Shown one piece after another: positions 51,601 through 64,000 of a stretch of 64,000 nt of DNA. Origin of the DNA: Takakia lepidozioides. Lineage: Eukaryota; Plantae; Bryophyta. Every line of letters starts with the position of its first letter. Position 1 is the stretch's first letter. Location of the stretch: assembly GCA_030704615.1 (NCBI GenBank), contig CM060733.1, positions 23,932,001 through 23,996,000 of the forward strand. Reading direction: 5' to 3'. A model generated the notes under the pieces. The model was given only the letters and a program-made list of their open reading frames with translations. It did no database searches and had not been told where the DNA came from. A program made the position numbers and the translations under genes.

Positions 51601-54600
51601 ATCCTCCCGTTATCCATTTGCGACATCAATTTCAGCAGCTACCGCCTGATAGTGAGAAATCCCTGTGGAAGGCACGCATGTTGCTGCTGCAGTTTGGTTT
51701 AGGTGACCCTCCTTCCTCTGACAGCTTCCACCAGCAACCACAGTATGAGTACCAGCACCCTCCCTCTCAAGACCAACAGCAGCAGCCTCTATCTCAGTTT
51801 ATGCCACCCATGGGCATGGAGGGGCATGATACCAGCGGCTACGGTGGGCCCTCACCTTCATGTGGTTGGCTTTCTGTGGGAGGACCTGGTACACCTTCTC
51901 CTTCAGCTGCCATAGGGTCAGAACTGGGTGGTGGCCCTCAACTGGACCCTCAGGTATGCACTGTCTGGTTTGAACAGTGCTCACTATCATGTTGTTGTGC
52001 TGTAAAGTTTATCTTTTTCCTACTTTGTGTCGAGAATTCAGTCTGGTAGTGAAGTTCTTTGTGTTGAATGTGTTGTGATGGTTTGATGTAACTAATGAAT
52101 CTTTCTTTCCAATTTTGTGGAAACATGAAGGTCTAGACCAATTAGGTGAATTTTGGTGACCTGACAAAGCAGGATCCAGAAATCCTATGCTGTCTGGCTT
52201 TGGTCACATAGAAATCACAGTAGAGGTCACGGCACCTAGTGCAGTATACATGGGGGTCTTCATTTTAGCCTGACCTTCTCTGTGTGGTTGGTATGGGCGT
52301 GTCAGTTTGAGTTCCAGCACTATCCTCCAGAGCCCCAGCAATTCGAGGGAGGTACCATTACCCACAGGCCAGACTTCCCGTCGTGGGGAGCTACTCCAGG
52401 TGGATTCTTCGGCTTATCTAGAAGCCCGAATATGGGGATGGATATCCCTACGTTCATCGAGAATGGTAATGGCCATATGGGTGGGCCGGAGCGTGCTAAG
52501 AAGGTAATTGTCTTTTGATGATTGCTTTGCAGGTTGCCTTCAGCAGGCAATATCCTTTGGGGTACCTTCTGGTCGACAGATCCAGGGTGAGGGGTTTGAC
52601 AAGACTGGGTCATTGAGTGCAGGCATCAGTGCCCTCTTGGCTGAAGGACGAATTATTGAAAAAGAGAAATGTTGCAGCGGTTGGCTCAGCACCCATGTCC
52701 AAAGACGATGATTCTGGCAATGGAAGTGGTTTTGAAGCTTCCACCGGCACTAAACTTGGGTTCTTGGATACCACAAGGAGCGAAGTCTCCCGAAAGAGCA
52801 ACGTGGAGGATGAGGATGATGAGGTCAGCATTTTCTTTTTCCATTTTGAGGGCAGTCACAGCTAGATGCACACATAATCATGTCTCTCATTGTGGAATAT
52901 GTAAGAACTACAGCATTGGAATTAGGGTGGCAACTGATTAAGGCAGGTTTGAAGGTAGATTTTTTCCTCTCTCCCTGTCATCTTCAACCAGCAGGAAATT
53001 GAGATTGTGAAATCATACCGGTACCTGGGTCTGGTTATCCACTCCCCCAAATTCCACTTTGCAGCCACTGCCCTGGACAGATTGACTAAAGGTAAGGCGG
53101 CCTCCGTCCGCCTTCAGGCCAAATGCAAGCAAATACATCTGCCTCACCCCCCAACCAAAAAGTGGCTGTTTGACACCGTCGTCAGCCCTGCTACCATCTA
53201 TGGTTGTGAGTTCTGGGCACCTGGTGTCCCTGTCTCCTGGTGGGAAAAGAATCTGGAACCATTGCAGTCATCTTTTCTCCAAGCAATGCTTGGCGCCAGA
53301 AGCACAACTCCATCTCATATCCTAGGTGCAGAGTTCGCATGTGTACCATTGCAAACCGAGGCCCCTCTTCCGGCTTACAATCTTTCTCCATAGATTACAG
53401 GCCCTTCCACCCAAGGGGCTCGTGGCAAGGGCCCTCGCAACATCTATGAGGCTCAAAGCTGCAGGTTTCAGGATCTCCTGGTATGCTCGAGTGGACAGTT
53501 TATTTCAACGCAACGGACTCTCTACTGCTTCCCTATTACCAATGAATCCAGACGAGGTGGACATCACTTCCAGACATGACCGCAACAGACTCATTAGGAG
53601 AGAGCTTATGGAATTACATGTCAAGAGAGCTTGGAAGCTACCCAATCTCACGACAAAGCTCCACTTCTATCGAGAGACATTCTTGGTGCTCCGAGATGAT
53701 AGAATCTTGAGGCCAAATTACCTTTCAGCATCCTTATCTCCTTCCCTCCTGAGGGCATTGGGGCGGTTCAGGGTGGGTTCCCACAACCTACGGATAGAGA
53801 CTGGCAGATGGGAAAACCTGCAACGGGAGGACCGCCCATGTCCAGCTTGCATAGGGCGCAGCCAGGAAATTGAAACTGAAAAACACTTCTTCTACTGCCC
53901 TCTATACTACGAGATCCGTGGGAGATTCCACTGTTTATTCAGTGGAACCCAATCTCTCACTGAAGTCTTCCACTATGAGGATCAAAAATGCTTGGCAGCC
54001 TACCTGCACGAGGCCTTCACCCTTAGACAATCACTAGAACATTAGCTCTTATTCTTGGGTTCTGATTTTGTTCCTCTCTCATGTTTTCTTCCATTTTGTC
54101 CCATAAGCTCTATGAGCTTTCCCCGGACGTTATAAAGCACCATTTCATCTCATTTCCCTGAACTCTCCCTCCGGCCTGGGTTGTGGGTAATGGATTATTG
54201 GGCACTGCTGTTGATGTAGGATCACGTGGAGGGAGCAAAGAGGGCAGCCATCAATCAAGAGATAAAGCATGTGCTCACAGAAGTGCTGTTGAAGGTATAA
54301 TGTTGCAGGTTGTCTGCCCCTACTTGTGAATGGGAGAAACTGCCTGGGAGGTATTACTTGACTGGTGGCTTTGAGCAATGGGCCTTGGAAGTTCAATCAT
54401 GATGTCTTTCCTTGTGGTATGTTGTGGGCGATGGATAGCACAGGTGACTGATGACTTGTTTGACGAGATTGCACAAGAAGTTATGGAGGAGGATGGGCAA
54501 CATGTGTTAGAAGGTCTGGCACCTGCCTTACCATGACTCACGAAGCAAGTCTGCAAGACCAGTATGCAGACTGACACTGGGGATACAAAAGAGACTATGA

Positions 54601-56413
54601 GTTCCATGGATGCCTGAAGCCAAGGATACAACTCAAACAACAAAGAACCAAAGAAAGTGGGAGAGACAGGCCCAGGATAGGGGAGTGTTGTCTTCAGCCC
54701 ATTCCTGCTGTGGCTTTCAGCCATACGCCTCGTGCTTGGTAGGGCAGGAGTAGTCTATAGTTGGTATTCCTACCGAAACTTGGTAGCGAAGACATTGAAT
54801 CACAGCTGTAAGTATTGTTGGTTGCTGTAACTTCTTGGTTCTAGGAACTGTTGTATCTCTGATATAAAGCATGTGTACGGACTGCTATCAACAGTATTTT
54901 TGTTTGGATTGTGCTAGAGACAGTGACAGTATCAGCTTCCACCCATGTGACAGAAGCGGGTTTGACTCTGGGCAAGGCATCATCTCTCTCTCTTTCTCCT
55001 GCTCCCCCACTACCTGCCAGATTGCTAGTAGACCCTGGTGTCAAGCAGAGCCAGGCTGCCAGTGATGGTGATGGTGAAACCTGGAGCTCAGGTGTTCCTG
55101 CTGGTAATCTACTGGGGCTTGCAAACTATGCCTCAGATGATGAGGATGGGGATAGCTGCAACAAGCAATTTTTTGAAAGTGCTCAACATGAGGGGGAGAA
55201 ATGTGAGAAGGAGACGAGGAAACCTTATGACCTTAGGGATGTATGGGTTGAGAGGGCTCAGATGGCAGAAAGGATAATAACAAGAGAGGAGGGAGATGCA
55301 AAGAAGGAAGGTGATAAAGACACAGATGGAGAGAAAGAGGGGAGAAATTGGAAACAACTAAAAGGGAAGAAACGCTCGAATGAGGAAGGCAACAGTAATG
55401 ATCTTGATTCAGGGAGCCCAAGGTGGGCTAGGCATGTAGGGATAGAGAAAGCAGGTAGCGAACCTGGTCCAATAGATGGTTCAGGTTTAGTTCAACCAGA
55501 GGTGATTGACATAGAACACCAAAGTGGTGTGATTCATAGGGAGCCGAAAGGAGAGGGTCTAAATCATGTGGGCAGAAAGTATGTGGATGCAAGCCCTTCA
55601 GAGTTGCACAGTGGGGTGGAAGCCTCTGAAAAGAGCAAGGCAACTCATAGTAATGTCTTTAATGATCTGGGTGTAAAAAAGGAGACGGAAGTGGAACTGA
55701 AGCATGAGCAATCATGTAGGAACAGCAAAGGAGTAGTTACTTCAGGGGGTTTCAGTAAAAGAAAAATAGACAGCAGGGATGTAAATGCTCAGAAGAAAGA
55801 TCAGGATAAGATAGAGGGGGTCAATATACATAGGGATCATCATGGACCTCAGAGGAGGAGGGGCAAGAGAGGTGACCGTGATGACAAGAAGGACAAGAAG
55901 CGGGATAGGGCCAAGGACTGGGATGTGGTACTTGAGAGGACACATGAAAAAGTGCTCGCCAAGGAAGATTCTGAATGGGGCATAGAGGGAGAGAACAAGA
56001 GAGGGGAGCGAGAGCTTGACAAAGATCACCGGGGATTGGGATCTGTCAAGCATGGAGGGGGAAGCAAGTGCAAGGAGGGGAGGGGTTCTATGAGAAGGCT
56101 GCGTTCACCAACATTGAGTAGTCGAAGCCATAGCAGGAGTGCCTCGTCTGGCAGTTGTACCAGCAGTGCCAGTCCCCGGAAGAATCAAAGCCCAAGGCGA
56201 AGGTAAGAGCATGTGTCCTTCTAGTTAAGAACCAAGCTATCCATCCCTCTTTTAGCCCTTTTGTGAATGATACCCTTTTTTCTCAGTAGTTAGTTGAAAA
56301 CCAGCAGCTTGTAAGTTTGTTTCACTTGGTTTGTGCAGGAAACAGCAATTTGGAAAATCCATCCGTCCGTCCATCCCCAGTGAGTCTCGAGTCCCAATGA
56401 GATCCAGACCAAG
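48652..56413 (+). CDS. PNISR/SFRS18-like Arg/Ser-rich nuclear protein (multi-exon; some 5' junctions and the 3' end unresolved)
   Basis: Motifs EEDWAAKARAW (about 50640), VPSWLKDELLKK (52623-52823), AINQEIKHVLTEVLLK|VTDDLFDEIA (54220-54294, 54444-54513), LLGLANYASDDED and a K/R/D/S-rich tail (54918-56202). Other exons: 48652-48894, ~50580-51043, 51703-51953, 52306-52503 and 56339-56413. Confidence 0.75.
53007..54152 (+). mobile_element. 5'-truncated, frameshifted LINE (RTE/RTEX-like) in an intron of the PNISR-like gene
   Basis: End of the RT domain (SYRYLG...YGCEFW), a frameshift near 53365, and C-terminal RFRVGSHNLRIETGRW...RPCPAC...ETEKHFFYCPLY. It ends in a CATTT-like tail rather than poly(A). 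The clade assignment is inference. Confidence 0.85.
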
Positions 56414-59400
56414 GTGTGTTTCAAGTTGGCATGCCCTCTATTCACTAATGCAAACTCAGTGCTCTTCTGATGGATTGGTAAACTCCTCCATGCAACCTGA
56501 AGGGCACCCAATCTGCCTGATACACTTTAATATGTGGGTCCCCTGTTAAGTTGTCGTGGAGTTTTGAGGTGATTAACATACCTGATGTCAATTCTTCTTT
56601 GTCAATATGGATGTAGATGTTGATTTGGACATCCATTGCTTAAATAGACAAGGACGCACCCAGTGTGCCAAACAATCTGGTCACCTATGGTTGGAGTCGT
56701 GCATTGCTATGCGTTCAAACTGAACCTTGGTCATTAGTTCGAACAATACAACCTGGTGATTTGCAGCTACAGAGCCAGTGATAGTGAAGGGAAGTGTGCT
56801 ATCTTGAGATGGAATCAGAATGACCAAGCCAGAAGAGATGCTCAGCTTCTAAACATTAGATTGCCTTAATTATCCATACCAGGTTCATAACTGTCCTATT
56901 CAGATTTTGGAAAGAGTCTGGCAAGTGCTTTGTCCAGTTGACTCGTCACATAGTCAATTGCCTTGTCATACTGGGTTTCAGATAAACTTTTGTATCATTA
57001 CAAGCATATCCTACCCCTTCAGACATTGGGTCATGTATTGGAGTGAGCAATCCATCCTTGTTGGTAAGGCTAGCTCGTGGTTATTCACTTCCGTCTTAGA
57101 ACTTAACATTTGGGTATTGGAAATTCCTTCGCGTAGTGCAGAGAATTTCAGTTGGAGATGAGTGTCCACATCTTGGCTGAAGGAAGGCTGGAACATGAAG
57201 GTTCATTACTCACTGTCATGATTTAGTGAGTTCTGTGAAGCCATGGGCATCTGTGCAGACTCTATAACCTTCAGGAGTTTACAGATGCTTGATTAGCTCC
57301 TTCTGGTCAAGCTCAAAACCACAACCAATAATGACCTGTGTATCTAATATGTTTTGGAGGCACAAGGGATCAAATTGGGTTCCAAGGTTTTCCGCAGAGG
57401 CGGCCATCATCGGTTCTTGTTCTGTGCCTTACATGGCAAGCTATGATGCCACAGCATTTATCTTTAGTGAACCTCACACTCTTGCTCACCCTCAAACGAG
57501 GGGTTTGATTACAGACGTTTTCCCTCCTTGTGAGGAAAGATGCTGCACACACCTCGATCGTTTCATACCTTGCCTCCTGTTGGGGATGGGCTCTATGATG
57601 TGGTAGCAATGTAGTACATGGAAAACACAAATAGAGGCATGCTCTGTCTATCTCCATATTAAAACTCTTCGCCTCATCGAAAATCCGGAAAACAAGACAT
57701 TGCCAATTGAGTATCTCGACTTATCTGCAGTGAAATATAGAGAGCTCAAACAAATACGCTTGCTTGAATAATTTTGTTTATCCAAAGATACAGTCCAGTT
57801 TAGTACACCACTACCCCCACAGGGTTATTGGCTCAGTGTGCAGGTCATACCTTTTGCTAGGGCCCCTGTCAGCCAATTCAGAGGAGGGGATGGGGACCGC
57901 ATTTAGGAAAACCAGTATTGATTGCCACTCACGGGCAAAAATGATTTTTGGGGGCAGCAGTCACAGTCAGCTCCATTGCCAATTGTCCTCGCCATGATTT
58001 CAAGCATGGATGGTAGGAACAGAGATAATAAACTCAAGTTGTGGCATGGGGTTTTGATAGCCGAGTACCAAACCTGCTGAGTCAATTGTTTGGCCACTCG
58101 TGATGTTTAATTCCTAATCTTAGACTGAAATTTCAGGAAGGGAGGGGATGAATGTACTTACTACTCTCCTTCATCTTGAATTGTTCCTTCAACTGTCTAC
58201 TTCTTCCTCTGTTCAATCTGTGGCATAGACACAGATCTTGTACAGCTCACATGACATGATTGAAATTCCGCGTAGTAAGCAGATACTGCAAGCAGCCTTA
58301 GGGATGCACAAGAGTCTATGCTAATGCTCCGTTTCTAAATTGAAACACAACCCTGGTAGGTGCGACCAAAAGATGAGGTTTCTTCAGCTGTGTCTTATCC
58401 TGACCAGTGATTAATATGTTCTGCTTCTACCTGGGTCTATCTTATCATCTGCTTTAGAACTCCAGCACTGGACTTGCGCAAATACCTCTGGTGATTGTCT
58501 TCCAGACATCCAGATTCAAACATCTCAAGCGAATCCATTTTGCATCCTTTGAATGCAGATACTAAACGAGCACCACATTGTTGAAGGTCGACAGAAAAGG
58601 ACATCCACAGAGCCATTCATATGGGCCTTTGTGATGTATTTTGAATACGACCAGTAAAGACACCTTAGCAACATCACAAAAACAGATCTTTTCTTCTACT
58701 CAACATAGCCTGTGTATGCTGGGCACCATCAAGATAGGTTTCCTTCGCACATTGTACAGCCTTTTGACACTATAAATTGAGCATTCATCTGAAATAGAAA
58801 GGGACGTACAAATTGACATTCTTCTTCCGAGCAAAGACCCGGTGAAGCTCTAACAACAATTGGGCTATCTTTTGAAATGCCGACACAATTCAAATTCCAT
58901 CAGCAACAATTTACTTGCAAAACAGCAAGCTGACATGGCGCATTGGTGCAACCTGAACCTGGAAGGCTGGAAGGTTGAGGATTACCAAAAAACATGAAAG
59001 ACTGAAAGTGTGAGAAACATTTTCTTTTCTTGACAAGGACACGGCAATTGGATCCATTAGCATGCCTGACGGCTTTGGCTACATGTGACAAAAGTGCAAT
59101 CCATTAACCGTGCTCCATGAATGCAAGACTGATTGACGACATGACGACTGTGAGCCTCGTACTTAAACCCTCCCTCTGCATGCCCCTCCCTAGTGATGCC
59201 ACAATCCAGCACCATCCTCCATGCAAATTTATATAGAAAAAGGAAAAAAAAAGGGAACAAAAGGAAAAAGAGCCATGCCACCACCACACAAACATCAAAT
59301 CGGAAGCACTCTGAAGCACTAGGACAGCACTCTGATTTCGTCCACTATCACCAGAGTCAGTCATAATCAACCCCCCTTCACTCATTACCTGCTCCAGTCA

Positions 59401-59589
59401 ATTGCAATGATTGGCTGACTTCCACTGATGCAGGGTAGACCCCACTACCATTTCCTGTGGATATGCCACAGGAAATGCCCTCAACAGTACATGATGGTCA
59501 ATATTCTCAGGAAATGGTGGACGAACTGATTAGCTAAGCAGGTCAATGAGTGAAGCAAGATACTCACACCATTCCAAACCAACATCGTT

Positions 59590-62500
59590 TCACCAGTAAT
59601 CTCCACAAGAACAAATCCCATCTTCAAAGTGGTGAAAGCGGTTAGCGTCCCGTACAACAATTGCTCGGCCAACAATCTTTGAGATGAACTTGGTGGAGGT
59701 GTGGCAGTCACCACACACCCGAAGATTCTTGATGAGACGGAGAGGTGTACTAGGGGCTGTGCTGATCAGCCCAAATCCAATGGCCAGCTTCTCACTGTGA
59801 TGGCAGAGAGAAAATTCCTTTTGCTCCTCTCCCACATCATGCAATACAAAACGCGTGTCAGGCACATACCCCGCCTCCTTCATCTGCCCAGACAATCTTC
59901 TCAGCTCAGCATGGATTTCCTTAATTTTGGGATGCCATTTGTCATCTACAACAAAGGTGTGCACCCTGTTGCCAACCTCAATACAGCAGCGACCTGGCTC
60001 CTTTCTAACCCCTCTGAACTTCATCATTTTCCTCACCTTTGCACTGTCGTCCCACCTGCCAGCTGCGGCATAGATGTTTGACAGCAACACATAAGCCGCG
60101 GCATCCTGTTCATCCCACTTGAGAATAGATGTTGCCGCACGTTCAGCCATCTCCACATTGCCATGGATTCTGCAGCCACCAAGCAAGGCTTTCCACACCT
60201 CATTATCTGGTTTGATTGGCATTTTATTAATAAGCTCCTCTGCCTCATCCAATCGCCCTGCACGTCCAAGAAGGTCCACCATGCAGCCAAAGTGCTTTAC
60301 TGTCGGAGTAACAACATGATCTTGACTCAGGGAATCAAAGTAGCGTCTTCCTTCATCCACTAGGCCAACGTGGCTGCATGCAGAGAGAACACATATAAAG
60401 GTGATACTGTCCAACTTGAAGCCTTCCCTCTGCATTCTTTCAAATAGTTGCAGGGCCTCCATATGACAACCATGCTGGGCATATCCCGCAATCATCGCGT
60501 TCCAGGACACCACATCTCGTTCAGTCATATTGTCAAACGCTCCCTTTGCATCCTTGATGCACCCACATTTGGCATACATGTCCACCAGGGCAGTGTTCAG
60601 AATGACATTTGGTACAATACCAGCTTTGATGATGTCACCATGAACCTCTTTGCCCTTTTCCAGGGCTGCCAGGCTCGCACACACATTGCAAATGCAGACG
60701 AACGTGATGTGATTTGGCTTCACCCCTTCCCGCATCATTTGCTCATATGTCTCCAAAGCCTCCATCCCACACCCATGCTGCGCATATCCTGCAATCATGG
60801 CACTCCAAGACACCACATTTCGTTCAGCCATATTGTCGAACACTCCCTTTGCATCCTCAATGCACCCACATTTGGCATACATATCCACCAGGGCACTGTT
60901 CAGAATGACATCTGGTACAATTCCAGCTTTTACAATGTCACCATGAACCTCTCTGCCCTTTTCCAGTGCTGCCAGGCTCGCACATGCTTTGCAAACACCA
61001 ACAAACGTGATGTGGTCAGGCTTCACCCCTTCCCACATCATTTGCTCGTAGGTATCTATAGCCTCCATACCGCGCCCATGCTGTGCATATCCTGCGATCA
61101 TGGCACTCCAAGACACCACATCTCGTTCGGCCATATGGTCAAACACTCCCTTTGCATCTTCAATGCTCCCACATTTGGCATACATGTCCACCAGGGAATT
61201 CTTCAGGATGACATCTGGTACAATTCCAGCTTTGATGATGTCACCATGAACCTCTTTGCCCTTTTCCAGGGCTGCCAGTCGCGCACACGCATTGCAAACA
61301 CAAACAAAAGTAACCCGGTCTGGCTTCACCCCTTCCCGTATCATTTGCTCATAGGTCTCCAAAGCCTCTGCCCCACACCCATGCTGTGCATATCCTGCAA
61401 TCATTGCACTCCAGGACACCACATCACGTTCAGCCATATGGTCGAACACTCCCTTTGCATCCTCAATCCTCCCACATTTGGCATACATGTTCATCAGGGC
61501 AGTGTTCAGAACTACATTTGGTAAAATTCCAGCTTTGATAATGTCACCATGGACCTCTTTGCCCTTTTCCAGGGCTGCCAGGCTCGCACACGCATTGCAA
61601 ATGCAAACAAATGTGACCCGGTCAGGCTTCACCCCTTCACGTATCATTTGCTCATATGTCTCCAAAGCATTCCTACCACACCCATGCTTGGTAAATCCTG
61701 CCATCATTGTATTCCATGTGATCAAACCTCGTTCAGGCATTCTGTTGAAGACTTGGTGTGCATCCGCGATGCTCCCGCACTTCACATACATGTTGACAAG
61801 GGTGTTGTGTAAGAAAACATTTGGCTTGAATCCACTTTGGATAATGTGAGCATGCACCTGCTTCCCAGATTCCAAGCCTTTCATCTTGATGCACTTATGC
61901 AAGAGACAGACATAAGTATCTGAATCTGCTGAAATGCCTCCTTGGTTTAAAGTCTGTAGAGCCTCTTTCAGTTGCCCTGCCTCACATAGCATCCTCACAT
62001 GACCAGAAGTGCCAGAAGAGAAATTGTGGACTCCCGCTCTTGGTCCTGTTTCAGAAGCTGTGCTCATGGCCGAGGTGCCTGATTTTATCAACTGTGCCGC
62101 CACTGCTGCTGCTTCCAGTTGACCATCTACCCATGCAGGTTTCTTGTAGCAATTGATCCACAGGGAATCATAGGTACTTTTGTGCTTGAAATCCGGCCCT
62201 CTTGCATGAATCTGGACCCACACTCTATCCCTGATACTTCGGCTATCCCTGGCTCTGCACAAATCATCTATAGATCCTCGCCTTGCTGATTGCAGCTGAC
62301 AAAGACAGCCTAAATTTGTTCTACCACACACCCTGACCCTACTTATCATACACGAGTTTCCGATGCTGAAGTGCTCCCAAGACATTAAGAAGGTGCTAGG
62401 AAGAGAGAGGAGGACAGTTTCCAACAAAGCTTTGTATTGCATCTTGTTGTGTGCTTCTCTCTGGAATCTAACAGGCATTCACCTTTTTGCCTTGGTTGTC

Positions 62501-63968
62501 CCACCATTAACTGGGGTCTGAATCCAATGCTTCTCCTCGTCTCTGTTATCTGTTTCTTGATACTTTCCGGCTGCCACATTGGCAGTAACATGTCAAAGTC
62601 ACTCCAAACCACCGTAGATCAACCCAATCATTTGCAGAATTCGACATGAAAATTAGGGACAATTCTGATAAGAGGGTAAAACAGGCTGAAATGTGCTGAA
62701 GAAGTGCCCTCACCACATTGTCCTTGACCTTGTGTCTTGAAAGCAGCTAGTTTTTCTTCCGCCCATGAAGGATTCAACCGACCATCAACCCAAAAGGACC
62801 TCTCTTGTGTGCTGCTTGTGCCTGTAGTCAGGTGAACTCGGATTGGTCTGTGAGAACCACCACTGTGCAGCTGAGCAGCCATAGATTTAACCTCCGCCTC
62901 CTAAGACCAAGCTGACCTTCCCAAGTACCTCATAAACACCACGAAAAATACCAAATCATGCTACGAACAGGAAGAGCCCACATTTGCAGGAATTCTTCAG
63001 ATCATACATGAAGAAAGCCACACCTTGCCATTGCGGCTGTCACACCATTGTGAAGGACATATAAAAAACTCATGCCAGCTCTGCTCCATGCTCCACAGTA
63101 GACCTTCATGCCGGAGAATTCGATAGCATCAACATTTTTGGCAATTGTTTTCTACAGACGAGCTTTCAACAACATTCATGCAAGTCACTTTGGGCTCCAT
63201 TGGACTCTACACAATTGGACACAGAAGAATATGTCGAAACTTACACAGATGCTAAACCACCTTAGTCTGGAGTTTTTGGTGAAAACGACCAGGGAGCAGC
63301 CATAGTCTCAACCCTCCCAAGTACCTCGCAAACTCCAGGGAAAAGACCTTGCGCATCCTACCTTTCATGCCCTGCCCAGGAAGAACAACCGCCGCTATGG
63401 ACAGTAATACCCAGTTTTTGCAGAGCAAAGCGAGATTCTGACTTCACTCAACAACTAGGAGTGCAATCCAATCCACACAACATGATCATACCAGAGTTTA
63501 GTCGAACTCTGTCAGACTCTTCACATCCTACATGAAGAAAGCTCACCTTGCCATTGCTACTGTCCCACCATTGTGAAGAATCTTTAAAGAACTCTTGCCA
63601 GCACTGTTCCATCCTCCAGCGTTGACCTACGCGCCAGATATACCAATTATCGGCCTTGAGATCCCGTGCGCTTTCTTGCTTCTTTGCCCAGAGTACATTC
63701 ATTTCTGCGGAATTGCGCAAAACACAATTCCGAACCTGGATCCCACGGCGCATACATACAACACAGCGACCCCAAAAATGGAAACCGCCAAGTGTTTCGT
63801 GTTCTCACCTAATTTGAATGGCACCCTTGAAGGCGCCATTGCCACCATATGCAAATCACTCCGTCCACTTCGCATTGCCCAGAGAGGGATGCCGGCCCGT
63901 CTCCAGAACGCGGGAAGATGCTGAATGCAAATTAGGCCACGCTTTGACGGCCCATGAGCATATTCCAA
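59590..63968 (-). CDS. PPR-4: PLS-PPR-E-DYW protein with multiple upstream PDF exons; start probably at or beyond the window edge
   Basis: The main exon 62211-59590 (874 codons) begins IHARGPDFKHKSTYDSLWINCYKKPAWV and ends HSEKLA...CGDCH...DYW. Upstream exons: A (donor at 63809), B 63626-63547, B' 63103-63024, C 62847-62714 (frameshifted) and D 62570-62483 (deletion plus stop). Confidence 0.85.
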
Positions 63969-64000
63969 CTCTGGGTCTTTTATACTTACAGAGATGCTTT

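Noticed and set aside
56414-59500. Short ORFs between the PNISR-like gene and PPR-4
   Set aside because: No motifs; probably terminal introns or UTRs, and final exons could not be fixed.
29033-60010. Possible U-to-C (DYW:KP/GRP-type) editing factors
   Set aside because: All four have PG-type boxes, HSE and DYW/EYW ends; no KP-type signature.
29127-61849. Many ORFs antisense to the PPR genes, including 60448-61524 (358 aa)
   Set aside because: Shadow frames of repetitive PPR coding sequence; they recur with the 303-bp period and have no independent motifs.

Overview
Gene-dense eukaryotic nuclear DNA from a land plant; the density of DYW-PPR genes suggests a seed-free lineage with heavy organellar RNA editing (inference). 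Left to right: the right end of a CACTA DNA transposon carrying an FCP1-like phosphatase fragment and a Tnp1/En-Spm-type domain; a BiP/HSP70 exon relic; a 13-exon 2-oxoglutarate dehydrogenase E1 gene; a 4-exon TBL O-acetyltransferase; a 9-exon PIG-A gene with an inverted decayed copy of its own 5' end; four PLS-class DYW-PPR genes; CCB3; a PNISR-like gene; two fragments of one LINE family; and a tRNA-derived SINE. Main observation: the DYW-PPR ORFs are not whole genes. Upstream exons, invisible in the ORF track, splice in frame and encode the PDF motif known from organellar single-stranded DNA-binding (OSB) proteins (W.EF..DP.QWWDNR..K | .N...PDF.HK.T.E.LW......P.W). This gives a PDF-PPR-E-DYW architecture that is intact in the first gene (1138 aa). 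In the other three it is variously rearranged: folded into a 136-bp-arm palindrome, halved, or duplicated and partly pseudogenised. All exon models were derived by hand from splice signals and reading phase; no database search or RNA evidence was available.
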